A DNA stretch of 64,000 nt from Chiloscyllium plagiosum (GCF_004010195.1 NC_057751.1:2685984-2749983); one strand, 5' to 3'. Shown: positions 1-12,369, counted from the stretch's first letter. The notes: generated from the letters alone by a model not told the origin. Numbers and translations are program-made.

Positions 1-585
1 GTGGCTGTACAGGACATTGGTTAGGCCACTGTTGGAATATTGTGTGCAATTCTGGTCTCCTTCCTATCGGAAAGATGTTGTGAAACTTGAAAGGGTTCAG
101 AAAAAATTTACAAGAATGTTGCCAATGTTGGAGGATTTGAGCTACAGGGAGAGGCTGAACAGGCTGGGGCTGTTTTCCCTGGAGCGTCGGAGGCTGAGAG
201 GTGACCTTATAGAGGTTTACAAAATTATGAGGGGCATGGATAGGGTAAATAGACAAAGTCTTTTCCCTTGGGTCAGGGAGTCCAGACCGAGAGGGCATAG
301 GTTTAGGGTGAGAGGGGAAAGATATAAAAGAGACCTAAGGGGCAACCTTTTCTCTCAGAGGGTGATACATGTATGGAATGATCTGCCAGAGGAAGTGGTG
401 GAGGCTGGTACAATTGCAACATTTAAGAGGCATTTGGATGTGTATATGAATAGGAAGGGTTTGGAGGGATATGGGCTGGGTGCTGGCAGGTGGGACTAGA
501 TTGGGTTGGGATATCTGGTCGGCATGGACAGGTTGGACCGAAGGGTCTGTTTCCATGCTATACATCTCTATGACTTTATAACTCT
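1..585 (+). mobile_element. CR1-clade (HER1-like) LINE 3' end: RT C-terminus, 3' UTR and (ctctatga)n-type tail
   Basis: ORF 17-499 has CR1 ORF2 C-terminal motifs (LVRPLLEYCVQFWSP, LERVQ, RRLRGDLIEVYKI, FSQRV..WN.LP) and is followed by the 3' tail ggaccgaagggtctgtttcc...ctctatgact. Confidence 0.95.
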
Positions 586-587
586 TG

Positions 588-845
588 TGTGAAAACATTG
601 ACCCTGAGGTCCGTTTTAAATCTTTCTCCTCTCACCTTAAAACTGTGCCGTCTAGTTTTGAACTCTCGAAGCCTTGGGAAATGACCTTTGCTATTCACTT
701 ATCTGTGCTCGAAATGATTTTATAAACCTCTCAACCTCCTACACTCCAGTGAAAACTGTCCCAGCTTATTCAGCTGTCCTTATAACTTAAACCCTCCAGT
801 CCCGCTAACGTCCTTGTAAATCCTTTCTGCACCCTCTGCAATTTT
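588..845 (-). mobile_element. Degenerate CR1 3'-region fragment
   Basis: Reverse-complement similarity to the CR1 copy at 1-400 (aaatctttctcctctcacc, gattttataaacctc). Confidence 0.75.
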
Positions 846-1059
846 CAGAGAGTGGGTTCAGTCAAAACCTTCCCACTTCTGGTGGAAATCAAATCCAAAG
901 GTTATATATTCAGGAAAACCCTCTTTACTCAGAGAGTGACAACATAATAGAACACAGACCAACAAGGAGTGGTTGAGGTAAATTTTATTCTTCCTCATCA
1001 ATTCCTTGCCCAAGTAGTGGAGTTTATATGCCAACACGGACCAGCTGTGCTCCTGCTTT

Positions 1060-1375
1060 TGATTTGATTCCCTACAGTGTGGAAACAGGCCCTTCAGTCC
1101 AACAAGTCCACACTGACCCTCTGAAGAGCAACCCACCCAGACCCATTCCCCTATATTTACCCCTCTCTAGTGCACCTAACACTATGGGCAATTTAGCGTG
1201 GCCAATTCACCTAACCTGCACATGGGAACTGTGGGAGGAAACCGGAGCACCCGGAAGAAACCCACGCAGACACGGAGAGAATGTGCAAACTCCACACAGA
1301 CAGTTGCCCGAGACGGGAATTGAACCTGGGTCCCTGGTGCTGTGAGGCTGCAGTGCTAACCACTGTGCCACCGTG
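1060..1375 (-). mobile_element. HE1-like tRNA-derived V-SINE
   Basis: Minus strand has a tRNA head with A box (ggtggcacagtggttagc) and B box (ggttcaattcc), the V-domain (gtgtggagtttgcacattctc) and a CR1-like 3' tail. Confidence 0.93.
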
Positions 1376-1543
1376 ACGATATGTGTCAGTATTACAGATC
1401 CATACACCAAAAAGATCTGTATGGGTAGCACAAGCTGAACCAGGCCTGACAGGCACACACAAAATCAGAAACTGCTGGAGAGAAAACAGAATTAACATCT
1501 CGAATCCAGTGAACTGAAAACAAAAAATGCTGGAGATCACAGC

Positions 1544-1686
1544 ATGTTGCCAGGAATGGAGAATAGGTCGTACGAGGATAGCTTGAGAGTGCTAGGCCTT
1601 TTCTCATTGGAATGGAGAAGGATGAGGGGTGACTTGATAGAGGTTTATAAGATGATCAGAGGATGATAGAGTAGACAGTCAGAGAC
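1544..1686 (+). mobile_element. CR1 RT fragment running into an assembly gap
   Basis: atgttgccaggaatggag...aggggtgacttgatagaggtttataagatg encodes MLPGME...RGDLIEVYKM. Confidence 0.85.
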
Positions 1687-1886
1687 NNNNNNNNNNNNNN
1701 NNNNNNNNNNNNNNNNNNNNNNNNNNNNNNNNNNNNNNNNNNNNNNNNNNNNNNNNNNNNNNNNNNNNNNNNNNNNNNNNNNNNNNNNNNNNNNNNNNNN
1801 NNNNNCGCCCGGGGGGGGGGGGGGGGGTGGGGGGGGGGGGGGGGGGGGGGGGCGGGCGGGCGGGGGGGGGGGGGGGGGGGGGGGGG
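1687..1886. other. Assembly gap (N 1687-1805) followed by a poly-G run
   Basis: An N run, then about 80 nt of almost pure G. The poly-Pro/poly-Gly ORFs here are not genes. Confidence 0.9.
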
Positions 1887-1989
1887 AGAGATGGTGATAG
1901 AGAATGTAACAAACACGGCGAAAAGAAAAGGAAGGAATGGGTTCACAATTTGATGGTGTTGACCTCAAACGCATTTAGGGGCAATGGTA

Positions 1990-2200
1990 ATCATGCATCT
2001 TCCAAAGAGTTCAGACAAGCAAAGAGTGAAGATGAGATGTTGCTCATCGGGTTTGTGTTGTGATTTGCTGCAGCATTGCAGCATACCAAGGGCAGACAAG
2101 CAAGATGCTGTGCTAAAATGACCGGCTATTGGAAAGCCTGGGTTATGTTTGCGCATGAACCCGGAGGTGTTCTGCAAGTCCAGTGACCCTTCTTCTGAAT
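1990..2200 (-). mobile_element. Old Penelope-like GIY-YIG C-terminal fragment
   Basis: ORF 1965-2177 (PIAGHFS...LGMLQC...EQHLIFTL) aligns by eye with HFNSPSH...LGLLH...EERLILRL in the Penelope at 33172-33663. Confidence 0.7.
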
Positions 2201-2469
2201 GGTTCGGCTGAATGGTTGATTTCTGTGCTGTCTTGCTCGATCTAACCCAATGTTAACGGATTCTAAGCGATCTGGAGAGATGAAGATTAAGACATGCACA
2301 CCTTTTCTGTTGTGGAGGGAGTTGATTGCTTTGCTCCATCTCACTTATTCCATCATCAGTGCTTCCTTAATATGTGCTCTGGCAATTTATAGCCACCACC
2401 TTTTATTTTTAAGCCTGAAATAAAGACATTAACAAATGTAATAATTTGATTAACAAGGCATCAACATTC

Positions 2470-2690
2470 AATATAAGGACAAGGGGCTGTGTCCAAGTGT
2501 TCTGCCAAGATTTATTTTCTCATTAGTATCACTGAAACCAACGACCTGGTCATGATCTCAGTGCTGCTTCTGGGAATTAACTGTTAAGAACCAAAATCTG
2601 TGTTTCTTAAATTGTGTAAGTGTCTCTGGTTCAAAAAACGTATTTTCATGCAATTGTGAAAGGCACAATATAAATGTGTCTTTTGTTTGA
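2470..2690 (+). mobile_element. Degenerate Deu-domain SINE 3' part
   Basis: Resembles the other Deu-SINE copies here and ends gtgaaaggcacaatataaatg. Confidence 0.5.
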
Positions 2691-3429
2691 GATGTTTGCA
2701 AAGGTTCTAGTAATTGGTATGAACTTGTAAACTAAAAGACCAAAGGCAGTATTTATAAGGTTAGCACTAAAAGCCTTGTCAGCAGCATATAAAATTAGCA
2801 TTGGGAAAACACTGCTGCACTTATTAATTTTAATCAGGGCAGGAAATCCCTTGAGAAAATGTGAAATATGAACCAACTAGGTCCCTTTATCTCGCATTGA
2901 TTTAATGTTATAAATGGACTGGCAGTCACGGGTCTTCGTACTTTTATGAGTGTCACTATATTAGACTGATAAAAATTGTAACTGTATGAGAGAACACAAT
3001 AGACAAAGAGTGGGTCAATGGATCTTTTGCAGACAGTTAGAATAGTGTGAAACATTGGTTGGGATAGTTGGAATGGTCATTGTCATTCTCTGACAAACTT
3101 ATGATGGATTTGATTTAACTGACTGTTAAAGGGTTTTCATTCTTGTGTATTTTATGACTCTGCCCTGCATTTCAATGACAAGGCAAGTGTGGAAGTCGTG
3201 CTCTGATGCCTGAGGATTCCTTAACCCAATTGAACAGTTTAGGGAACCAACCCATTCTCTTCACTCAGCCATTTGACAAATGTTTCACCCAATTCAAACA
3301 TAGAAGCGCAGAGGAGTGAATCAGCCAAACTCGACTTCGCCTCTTGTGGTCTTTCGAAGTCACTGCCGAGGTCCCTCTGTCTTTGTGCGTCAACATCAAA
3401 AATGTTCTCTCAGGCCATCTTTTTCTCCA

Positions 3430-3610
3430 GACTTTAGATAGAAAATGTAATAAGCAAAGTGGATAAGGGGTTCTGATAAATGTAGTGTATCTGTACTTCC
3501 ATAAGGTAATTGATTAAATGCCACACAAAACGTGAATATGCACGGTAAGATTATTCACGTTTTGGGTAATATATTAGCTTTGATACAGCATTGGTTAACC
3601 AACAGAAAGG
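3430..3610 (+). mobile_element. CR1 RT fragment (degenerate VYLDF.KAFDKV.H region)
   Basis: gtagtgtatctgtacttccataagg...cattggttaaccaacagaaag encodes VVYLYFHK...HWLTNRK; matches the copy at 53160-53300. Confidence 0.75.
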
Positions 3611-3611
3611 T

Positions 3612-3726
3612 TACCTCAGGTGGCTGGTTTTTGATACAGAGTAAAGCTAACAGTGTGAGTTCAATTCCTTCACATGCTGAGGTTATCATAAAAACCTTTC
3701 TTTCTCAAGCTCTCTCCTCACCTGAG
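3612..3726 (+). mobile_element. 5' half of a tRNA-derived SINE interrupted by CR1 sequence
   Basis: B-box-like gtgagttcaattcc; ends ctcacctgag and resumes at 6593 with (g)atatggtgaccctcaggttaaa. Confidence 0.6.
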
Positions 3727-4420
3727 TCATAGAGCACGCGGACAGACCCTTCAGCCCAAACTGGTCCATCCACACTCACACCATTTCCCTGCACTTGGTT
3801 CATACCTTTTTAAACCTTTTGTGTACATGTATTTGGCCAAATGCCTTTTAAATGTTTATGTACCTGGCTGAACCACTTCAACTGGCAGCTCATTCCATAT
3901 GTGCACCACCCTCTGTGTAAAAAACGTTCCCCCTCTGTTTCCCTTTCATTCTTCCACCTCTAACCTTAAATTGATGCCCGCTCATCCTCGATTCCGCAAT
4001 CCTGGGAAAAAGACTGAGTGTATTCACCCTACCAATGCCTCTCATGATTTGAAATACTTCTGTCAGGTCCCACCCCCGCTCCAGTCTCTATACTCTGAAG
4101 AAAAAAGTCCTTGCTTTTCCAACCGCTCCCTATAACTTAGACCCTTGAGTCCTGGCAACATTCTTGTAAATTTCTCCTGCACTCCTTCCAGATTACTAAC
4201 AAACTTTCTATAGTAAGGTGGCCAAAACTGAACACAATACTCCAAGTGCAACCTCACCAATGTCCTGTACAACTGCAAAGTAAGTTCCCAACTCATATCC
4301 TCAATGCCCAAACTGATGAAAGCTGGTGTGCCAAAAGCCTTCTTCGCTGCCCTGTTGACCTGTGTCTCCACTTTCAGAGAACTGTCAACCTGAACTCCAA
4401 AGGCCACCATATTCACCTGT
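3727..4420 (-). mobile_element. CR1 LINE 3' end
   Basis: ORF 4063-4425 (LVRLHLEYCVQFW..., LEGVQEKFTRMLPG) with the 3' tail at 3727. Confidence 0.93.
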
Positions 4421-4429
4421 GCCACTGAC

Positions 4430-6420
4430 TCCCTTAAATCTTTGGGATATAACTCATGTCTTCCACCATGAAGACTGACACGAAGAATTTGTTCAGTTCA
4501 TCTACCACTTTGTTGTTCCCATTACTACTTTTCCAGCAGCCCAATGTCCACTTTTGAATCTCTTTTGCCCTTTATATATCTAAAGAAACTCTTGCAATCT
4601 TCCTTTATATTACTGGGCAGCTTACCCTCACATTTAATCTTCTCCCTCCTTATTTCTTTTTTAGTTGTCCTCTGTTGGTCTTTGTTGGCTTCCCACTGCC
4701 CTTTGTCGCATTACATGCTTTCTCTTTTGCTCTTATGCTGTCCCTGACTTCCCTCGTTAGCCATGGTTGCCTTGTCCTCATTTTATTCAGCTTCTTCTTT
4801 TTTTGCCATGTATCCTGAATTATTCCTAGAAACCCCTGCCATTGCTATTCCACTGTCTTTCCTGCTAGGCTCCTCTTCCAGTCAATTCTACCCAGCTCCT
4901 CCCTTATGCCTCTGTAGTTCTCTTTATTCAACTGTAATACCATTACATCTGATTCCAGCTTCTCCCTCTCAAATTGCAGAGTAAATTCAATCATATTATG
5001 GTGAGTGCCTCCTAAGGGTTCTTTCACCTTCAGCTTCCTTATCAAATCTGCCTCATTACACATCACGGAATTCAGAATTGCCTATCCCCCAATGGGCTCC
5101 ACCACAAGCTGCTCCAAAAAGCCATCTCGTCGACATTCCACAAATTCCTTTTCTTGCGATCCACTACCAACCTGATTTTCCCAGTCCTCCAGTTTATTGA
5201 AATCCCCCATGATCACTGTAACCTCGCTTTTCTTGCATGGCTTTTCTGTCTCCTGGTGTATCTTGTGCCCCACACCCTGACTACTGTTTGAAGGCCTGTA
5301 CCTAACTCCCATTATATTTTTTTTCACCTTTAGAGTTCCTCAACTGTACCCATTCAGATTCTACATCATCTCACCCTACATCGTTTCTTGCTATCAATTT
5401 AATTCCATTTCCTGCTAATAAGGCAACCCAAACCACCCTGCCTACCTGCCTGTCTTTTCAGTAGGATGTATATTCTTGGATATTTAACTCCCAGTTCTGA
5501 TCACCTTGTAGCCACGTCTCCATGATGCCCATCATGTCATACCTGACAATTTCAATCTCTGCCACATATTGCATGCATTCAGATAAACACCTTCAGTCCT
5601 GTATTTCCTGTCCCTTTTCTCATTGTCATCGCTTTATCCGATGTGCTTGAAGTTAGATTCCTAACCGTTTCCAAACACTCTTGTCCTATTTTGTTTTCTG
5701 GAGACTTTAATAACCTCTCCTGAGTTCTCCTTTCTTTGCATTTTTTAAATACTTCTCCATGCAGTTGAATCCACCTCCCCACGTGCTAACCTGCTGCTTT
5801 GTTTCCCCTTACCATTATACTTCTTGGACTTTTACCCTTCCCTTCCCCCACACTTTCTTGTTTAAATTCTTGTTGACCACCCTATTTACCATTTTTGTGA
5901 GAACATTGGTCCCAGCTCAGTTCAGGTGGCTATTGTCCTAACAGTAAGATCCCTCCTGTTCCAAAACTGATGCCAGTGTTGAAATGGAATGGAACCCCTC
6001 TTTCCTGCACCACTCCTTTAGCCATATGTTTGCTTCCATTATTCTTGCATTCCTATGCCAATTTGCATGGGCGTCAGATAATAATCCGGAGATTATCATC
6101 CTTGAGTTCCTGTTCTTTAATTTAGTTCCTCGTTCCTGATAATTACCAAACAGGTTCTCTTTCCTCGTCTTGCCTACGCTGTTTGTCCCAAAATGGACCA
6201 CAACAACTGGATTCTGCCCACCCCCCAAATATATTTTCAAGCCAGCCAGAGTTGTCCCTCGTCCTGGCACTGGGCAGGCAATGTACCATGCAGGACTCTC
6301 AATCCTGTTGCCAAAGAATACCATCTATTGCCTTAATTATAGAATCCCATACAACTACCATTTGTCTTTTTACTTCCCCCTCTTGAATGGCCTCATGTAC
6401 CACAGTGCCATGTCCCTCTC
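4430..6420 (-). mobile_element. CR1 5' portion: ORF1 SGNH-esterase domain plus ORF2 apurinic-type endonuclease (degenerate)
   Basis: ORF 5938-6324 has PVVVVHFGTN...IISGLL...N.WLKEWCRKEGF (CR1 ORF1 esterase). ORF 5082-5327 has GV.YRP...VIMGDFN...FLEQLV.EP. ORF 4845-5066 has EPLG...HNMIEF. Confidence 0.9.
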
Positions 6421-6444
6421 CATAACTATATTTTAAAATTAATA

Positions 6445-6592
6445 CAACTATGGTCACTGGCCCCAAAGTGATCCATCACTGTCACCCCCATCATCTGTCC
6501 TGCCCTATTTCCCAAGAGTAGGTCGAGTTTTGCCCCTTCCCGAGTAAGATCCTCTAAACAGCTTGAGGAAACTTTCCTGAATGTACTTAACA
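6445..6592 (-). mobile_element. CR1 endonuclease fragment
   Basis: Reverse strand reads approximately IQESFLK...TREGAKLDLLLGNRAGQ...DHFGASDHS. Confidence 0.75.
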
Positions 6593-6690
6593 GGATATGG
6601 TGACCCTCAGGTTAAAGTACCACTGGTCACCTCTTTCTTATGAGAGAGAAACCTGGTTCTGCAGGACTATGCTAACTTTCTCGCTTTACT
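6593..6690 (+). mobile_element. 3' half of the SINE split at 3726
   Basis: tggtgaccctcaggttaaa...gagagag...ggactatgctaactttc, which continues the recalled family consensus. Confidence 0.6.
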
Positions 6691-7063
6691 GGTCATCTCA
6701 CCCTCTCCCCATGCAGTGAGTTGCACATTGTCAGCACTCTGGGTAAAGAAAGTTCTCCTGAATTTCTGATTGGTTTGATTGATCTCTGTCTTATACTTAT
6801 GACCCTGAAGCTGCACAAACAAGACAACAAAGTATTTGACCATGTCCAAGAGATCACATTCTTCCTTGGAGTTCATGTGGACAGAGCCAGCAAAGAGCCA
6901 TATTCATTCCACTGAAATCTCAGCTAAACCTCTTCTTGCTCATTCCTGACTTCAAGGAATCTTCAAAACATCACAGAAATAAATTTCACAGACATCAGAT
7001 CTGCAGAGAAATGACAAGTAAATTAACAGTTTGACTGCTGCATAGAATGAGATGCATCGATTA

Positions 7064-7355
7064 TATTAGATTAGAACAGCGTGGAAACAGGCCCTTCAGC
7101 CCAACAAGTCCACACTGACCCTCCGAAGAGCAACCCACCCAGACCCATTCCCCTCCACCTAACACTATGGGCAATTTAGCGTGGCCAATTCACCTAGCCT
7201 GCACATCTTTGGACTGTGGGAGGAAACCGGAGCAAACCCACGCAGACACGGGGAGAATATGCAAACTCCACACAGACAGTCACCTCAGGCTGGAATCGAA
7301 CCTGGGACCCTGGTGCTGTGAGGCAGCAGTGCTAACCACTGAGCCACCGTGCCAC
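7064..7355 (-). mobile_element. HE1-like SINE
   Basis: Head, V-domain and (aatct)n tail, as in the copy at 1060-1375. Confidence 0.93.
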
Positions 7356-7611
7356 CCCAATGACCCCTGCACAGGAAAAGGTCATTTGGCCCAACAGGTC
7401 CATACCAGAGATTATACAGTGCATGAGCATGAGTCACCTCCTATCCCTCCTTATCATACTTCCGTCAGTAAATTCTTCTGTATCCTTTTTTTCTCATTTG
7501 TCTCTCTGCCTTACCTTGAAAGCAGTTTAAGTTCACTTCAAAAACTCTCTGTGGGATTGAGCTTCTCACATCTCTCTGAGTCATTTTTCCTGAATTCTCT
7601 GTTATACTTTA

Positions 7612-7950
7612 GGGGCTGCGCAGTGGCTCAGTGGTTAGCATTGCTGCCTCACAGCATCAGGGACCCAGGTTTGATTCTACCCTCCGGGGACTGGCTGTGT
7701 GGAGTTTGCACATTCTCCCCGAGTCTGTGTGGATTTCCTCCAGATGCTCCAGTTTCCTCTCACAATCCAAACGTACATGGGTTAGGTGGACTGGCCATGC
7801 TGTAGTGTCCAGGGATGTGTAGGTTACATGAATTAGTCAGAGGTAAATATAGGATAACAGGGTAGGGGAGTGGGTCTGGGTGGGATGCTTTTCAGAGGCT
7901 CAGTGTGGACTCAATGGGCCGAATGGCCTGCTTCCACACAAGAGGATTCC
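7612..7950 (+). mobile_element. HE1-like SINE
   Basis: gtggctcagtggttagcattgctgcctcacagc...gtgtggagtttgcacattctcc...gggccgaatggcctgcttccacac. Confidence 0.93.
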
Positions 7951-9009
7951 ACAATTCATCAGTGACTATCTCCCATTTAGGGCCTTAATTTTGCACTTGC
8001 TCACAAGTATCGGCACTACACAGGAAAGGAAACTTGCCTCAAGGACACAATGCAGAACAAAGAGCTCTGGGCTTTGTATGTTCTGTTGGAAACAGAATAA
8101 AAACACTATTTCAGAATAAACATGTTAAATGTCTGTTCCAAACCCCAAGAATACCAATTTCTCTTTCCTTCAACTAGCTCAGTTCTTGCCTGATAGGTTC
8201 CTCAATGGTCTTTTTGCCATGGCTTCTTTAATTGATATATTTTCTTCTTCTCCTTGTGGAACTATATCTGCCTTGAAAATGCTGGATTAATTTCTTTCTA
8301 CTTGAGTTAAATGGATTGAAACAGTTACATTTCAAGGATTCAGATCAAATTGATCCTGCAGTGATTGTAACAAGGTCAGCAAGATGGATCTCAGAGAATC
8401 TGAGTTCCCTTTTGAGGCTGTTAATCTGGGACCGTGGATGGCAGATAGAAACAGGCGTGTTTGAGAGTCTACTGGGTCAGTGTCATGTGTATTGCACATG
8501 TAAAGTAATGGTGACTTGGTGAAGGGATACATGGAGTTATTTCTGCAAACAAATAGTTTGATTTGGACCTGTGGTTTCCTGGGATCATGGGACATTTTGG
8601 GCAAGTTGGGGAGGAGAACTTTTGAGGAATGAATAGTAATAAATATTGGCCATCCTTTACCGATATCTGCAACACCAGGGATGCAGGCTAGCGAAAGCTC
8701 CTTCAAATGGTAACCACCTGAGCTCACCTCCAATCTACAGTGGTAAGGTTACTCATGAACACCAAATCTAGTCAATATGGGGCAATTCAAAGAGCTCACT
8801 ATGTCCTGGAATTGTCTCTTAGATATGCAGAGTCAGACCTAAAGGCTGCTGCAATAAAAGCAGACAATGCTGGAACTGTTCAGCAAGTCAGGCTGCATCA
8901 TGACAGGAAACTAACATCATAAACATGTTTAATGGAAGACTCGAAACGTTAATTCTCGGGACCAGGAGCAGAATGTCTCAGCTGACACCTTGGGGAGGGA
9001 TTGTGGTAT

Positions 9010-9340
9010 TATCAAAGGACCATTTCAGCTCAGATATTAAACTGAGGACCTATTGGCTATCCTTGGGAAGACACAGTATATCCCCAGATACATTTGTGGA
9101 GAAGAATAAGCAGGTTCTCCCCAGTGTCATTGCCAGTATTTATCATTGAACAACAACACTAAAAGAAAATCAACATTGCTTTACCATTATCAGCAAGGGC
9201 ACCTCGCTGTGCACAAACTGGTTGTTATGTTTCATGTGCTATGATAGTAACCATGTTTCCAAAAGTACCATATTGGCTGCAAAGCACTTGGGATGTCCTG
9301 ACATCATGAAAGACATTATATAAACGGAAATATTCATTTT
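9010..9340 (+). mobile_element. Deu-domain SINE (SacSINE1/AmnSINE1-like)
   Basis: agatattaaactgagg...gaagaataagcaggttctccccagtgtc...gctgtgcacaaactgg...aaagcacttgggatgtcctga...tatataaa. Confidence 0.7.
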
Positions 9341-9605
9341 CAGTCACATCACCCCGTGTAAGACATGCTGGAAGTTAAAAGTAAAATGTTTTGATGCTGG
9401 ACCATAACTTAGTGGCATATTTCAGAACTTTGGATTATTGAACATAATGACAGTGTCACTAGACTGTTAGGCAATCTGCAATATTTTTGGATGTCGACAA
9501 CACTTTTAATTATTTCCATCATGTGGCATTAATGAGTTTGAAATGAGTACTCAATAAATGTACAGCAGCTGTGAAGGAGTGAGAAGTAAGTTGTGCTTTT
9601 TATAG

Positions 9606-9998
9606 GCTTTGTTTGCTGGATTGTTGGAATGGATGTCCAGGAGCATCTGTCATTTCTACAAAAGAAGACAAAGCAAGGAAAAAATACAACTGGAGGACAA
9701 AAGAAGAATATCGGATGGGAAAGAAGAGGGCACAGTGACCAGAAGACATGTGGAGAGGATACAGAAGGATAGCGAGGAGCTTGTTGAAGTTAAAGGAGCG
9801 AATGATACACTAAAACTGTCGGTCGGTGATTTAAAAAAAAAGCAGAAATGTTGCATGAATAATCTGGAGCTCGTAACTAAAAGAAAAGGGCTAACGGTGA
9901 ACGCAGAAAAGAATGTTGTGGAAGGAATTAAGAGCCAAGTTTACTGTCCAAAGACATCAGAGAGTTGTGTTCATGATATGAAGATCCTTCGTGTTTAA
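9606..9998 (+). CDS. Candidate terminal coding exon (130 aa, Lys/Glu-rich), product unknown
   Basis: The open frame starts right after a pyrimidine tract + AG (gctttttatag|GCT) and stops at 9996-9998. It is non-repetitive, keeps several CpGs, and has an AATAAA near 10276. No homology recognised. Confidence 0.3.
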   Translation, partial: ALFAGLLEWMSRSICHFYKRRQSKEKIQLEDKRRISDGKEEGTVTRRHVERIQKDSEELVEVKGANDTLKLSVGDLKKKQKCCMNNLELVTKRKGLTVNAEKNVVEGIKSQVYCPKTSESCVHDMKILRV

Positions 9999-11769
9999 TA
10001 TTTTTTGGAAGACCTCGTGTAAAGGGTTGTCAAAAATGTGTCTTACTTAAAATTTTGTGGAGTGTTTTTTTTTAAAGAGGTTATTCAAAGATTATTATGG
10101 ACATTGAAAATATACTTTAACAAGACTTTCTAGCGGCTGGTGATAATTACTTGTTTTGCTGTTCACCTCTGCAGGGTCTTTTTGAACAATGACTGGCTTA
10201 GAGTTTTTTCTGGTTCAATTGGGGAACTCAGTACCTTCCAGAAGAAATGTCACAGTTGATCGCTTCCATTCTGAAAATAAAAGCATTTTGTTGAGTTCAA
10301 CCTTTTGGGAACTTATTTGTTTTTCTGAGAAAGTGCGTGAAAGAACATCTTAAGATTGCATTCCCATTCAAGGTGTGTCTGCAAAGGTTCCAGAGACAAC
10401 CATGTGTGATTGGTGATGTGACTACTTGTGCCAGATTATCAGGGTTACAGCTTTTATAACTTCTCATGTTGTATCCTTGTGCCTTCAGAAATAACCCATT
10501 GGCCAATGTGTTGCTTTCAAAAAGCCAATCCCTGCAGAGAAATCTTCTTTTCTCTTTTCCTTAAGACTGTGTTTCTATTTGGGAGATATTTAAAACCAAC
10601 ATATTATGTTCAGTTTTGACATGTCCATAGCCACAGTACAATTGTGGGTTCTGGCTACTAGATGCGCTGTCAAGTAAGTTCTGACGTGTTTCCAACACCA
10701 TCACCATCCAACCCCAAAACCTCATTAAATACCTGTACATGATCAAGGTCAGAAACAATTTGTTAGTTGTATGGAAAATGTATGATTTCAGCTGAGAGAC
10801 AAATGTGACAATAAGTTTTGTGAAGAGAAGCCATTTGTGCAATACTTTCAATAATATCAAGATTAAGATGAGATTGGTAAAGATGCTCTTTCACTGAGAT
10901 TGTTGTGTGTCTTGACAGTTAGAAATGCATTCGGGTATCTTCTGAGACTTTGCATTTGAAAGCCAAGTGCAGCTTGGATTCCCCAATTACAGAATCAGAT
11001 ATTTCTGGCTCTTGAATTAAATGCGAACAGCTAAGGTATCAAATTCGACAACTGAAAACATCCACTTCAAATGCAGGTAGCACAGGGTCTAAATGTTATG
11101 TCGTGATCGTTTGAATGCCACTTCTGCTCTGATACATTTTGATACACAGCAGCACCATTGAATAGCTCATGAAAGTCATGGTAAATTGGACATTCTCACG
11201 AGATTTAGAATAAGGGACCCATTTTCGAACTAGTGAAATGCAAATTTGTGACAGATTCCTGAAATTGATTAACACTTGAATGGACAGTTGAATCAGATAA
11301 ATAAGGCCAAATCCCTGAAGTGGTTCGGTTCATTTCGTGGTCATGCATCCAGGTCAGTAATTCAGAGAACTTGTAGTTTAAGCTCAGCATTTTGATATTT
11401 GAGTTCAGCTGGTACCAGGGTAAATGACCAGGAAGCTGCTGAACCGATTTTGAAGCCAAGTCAAGAATGACGTTTCAGGAAGGAAATTTGCCTCCTTATC
11501 CAGCCAAGTCCACGTATGCAATCACTGTCAAACTATTGGGTCAGACTGAACAACTGCCCTCGAAAATGACCTAACACACCATTTAATTTCATCAGCAAAG
11601 TTTTGGATAAACTAGGAGTGAACAGAAAACCCACTTCACTGGCACGCCATCCACCACCTTTATACATATCCTCCAGCATTCACATACAGTGCCAGCAGTG
11701 GGTATAGCATATGATGCACTGTAACAACTCACCAGGGAACCTTCAACAGCACCTTTGAAGCTTGCAACC

Positions 11770-12369
11770 TGTTATGGACCAGGCCAGATCCCCTCAAAAC
11801 ATTTCAAGAAGGAAGCCCAGACTCTAACTTTTCCAGTTGTTTTAAGCAGGAATAAAGTGAATATTCCAGCAGCTTGGTCAAAACCCCTCGGTTTCAAACA
11901 AAACACAAATTATTTGCAGAGTACCAAATGAAACACAAAGGAAAACAGGATACAGGATGACTTAACCTATGTGAAAACCCAACAGACTATCCCAACTTAA
12001 TGAAACTGTTCCAAATGACTGCATAAACACCCTCTTGGCAAAAAAGTTAAAACAGACACGTTCTTACAGGAGAGAGAGATGGCAGAGAGATTGAGCATGG
12101 AACCTCCCTCCACTGTTGCTGTTTCCTTGGATTTCCCAGCTTAACCTGACCAGCAGCTCTGAACAGCCAGACTGCGAAAACCAAACCAAACCAGAGGAAA
12201 GCTGAGCTGGGAGAACTGGCCACTCCCTTTTCATTGGACAAGGGGTTTTTATTTAAAACTTCAAAACTTCTTCAAGTAGGTAAACCCAGACATCTCGAAA
12301 CCCATGACTTTATGATCATTCTGAAAAAAAATGATAACATAATCTTGTTAAAAGAGCAGCATCACCACA
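11770..12369. mobile_element. Solo LTR (probably Gypsy/ERV-type) inserted in a LINE 3' fragment
   Basis: TGTTATG...CACCACA termini. Flanks caacc/aaacc suggest a 5-bp TSD with 1 mismatch. The host LINE reads through the site (cagcacctttgaagcttgcaacc|tctact). Confidence 0.65.

Noticed and set aside
1300..1375. tRNA genes
   Set aside because: The A/B-box sequences are SINE heads that continue into SINE bodies, not standalone tRNAs.
1645..2063. Poly-Pro and poly-Gly ORFs; possible G-quadruplex
   Set aside because: They derive from a poly-G run next to an N gap, probably a sequencing or assembly artefact.
3240..3430. CpG-containing stretch with a roughly 56-codon open frame on the minus strand
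   Set aside because: Bounded by a stop, with no convincing splice acceptor and no recognisable homology.
7167..7805. 212-aa ORF
   Set aside because: Reads through two HE1 SINEs and their spacer; similar peptides recur at every SINE copy.
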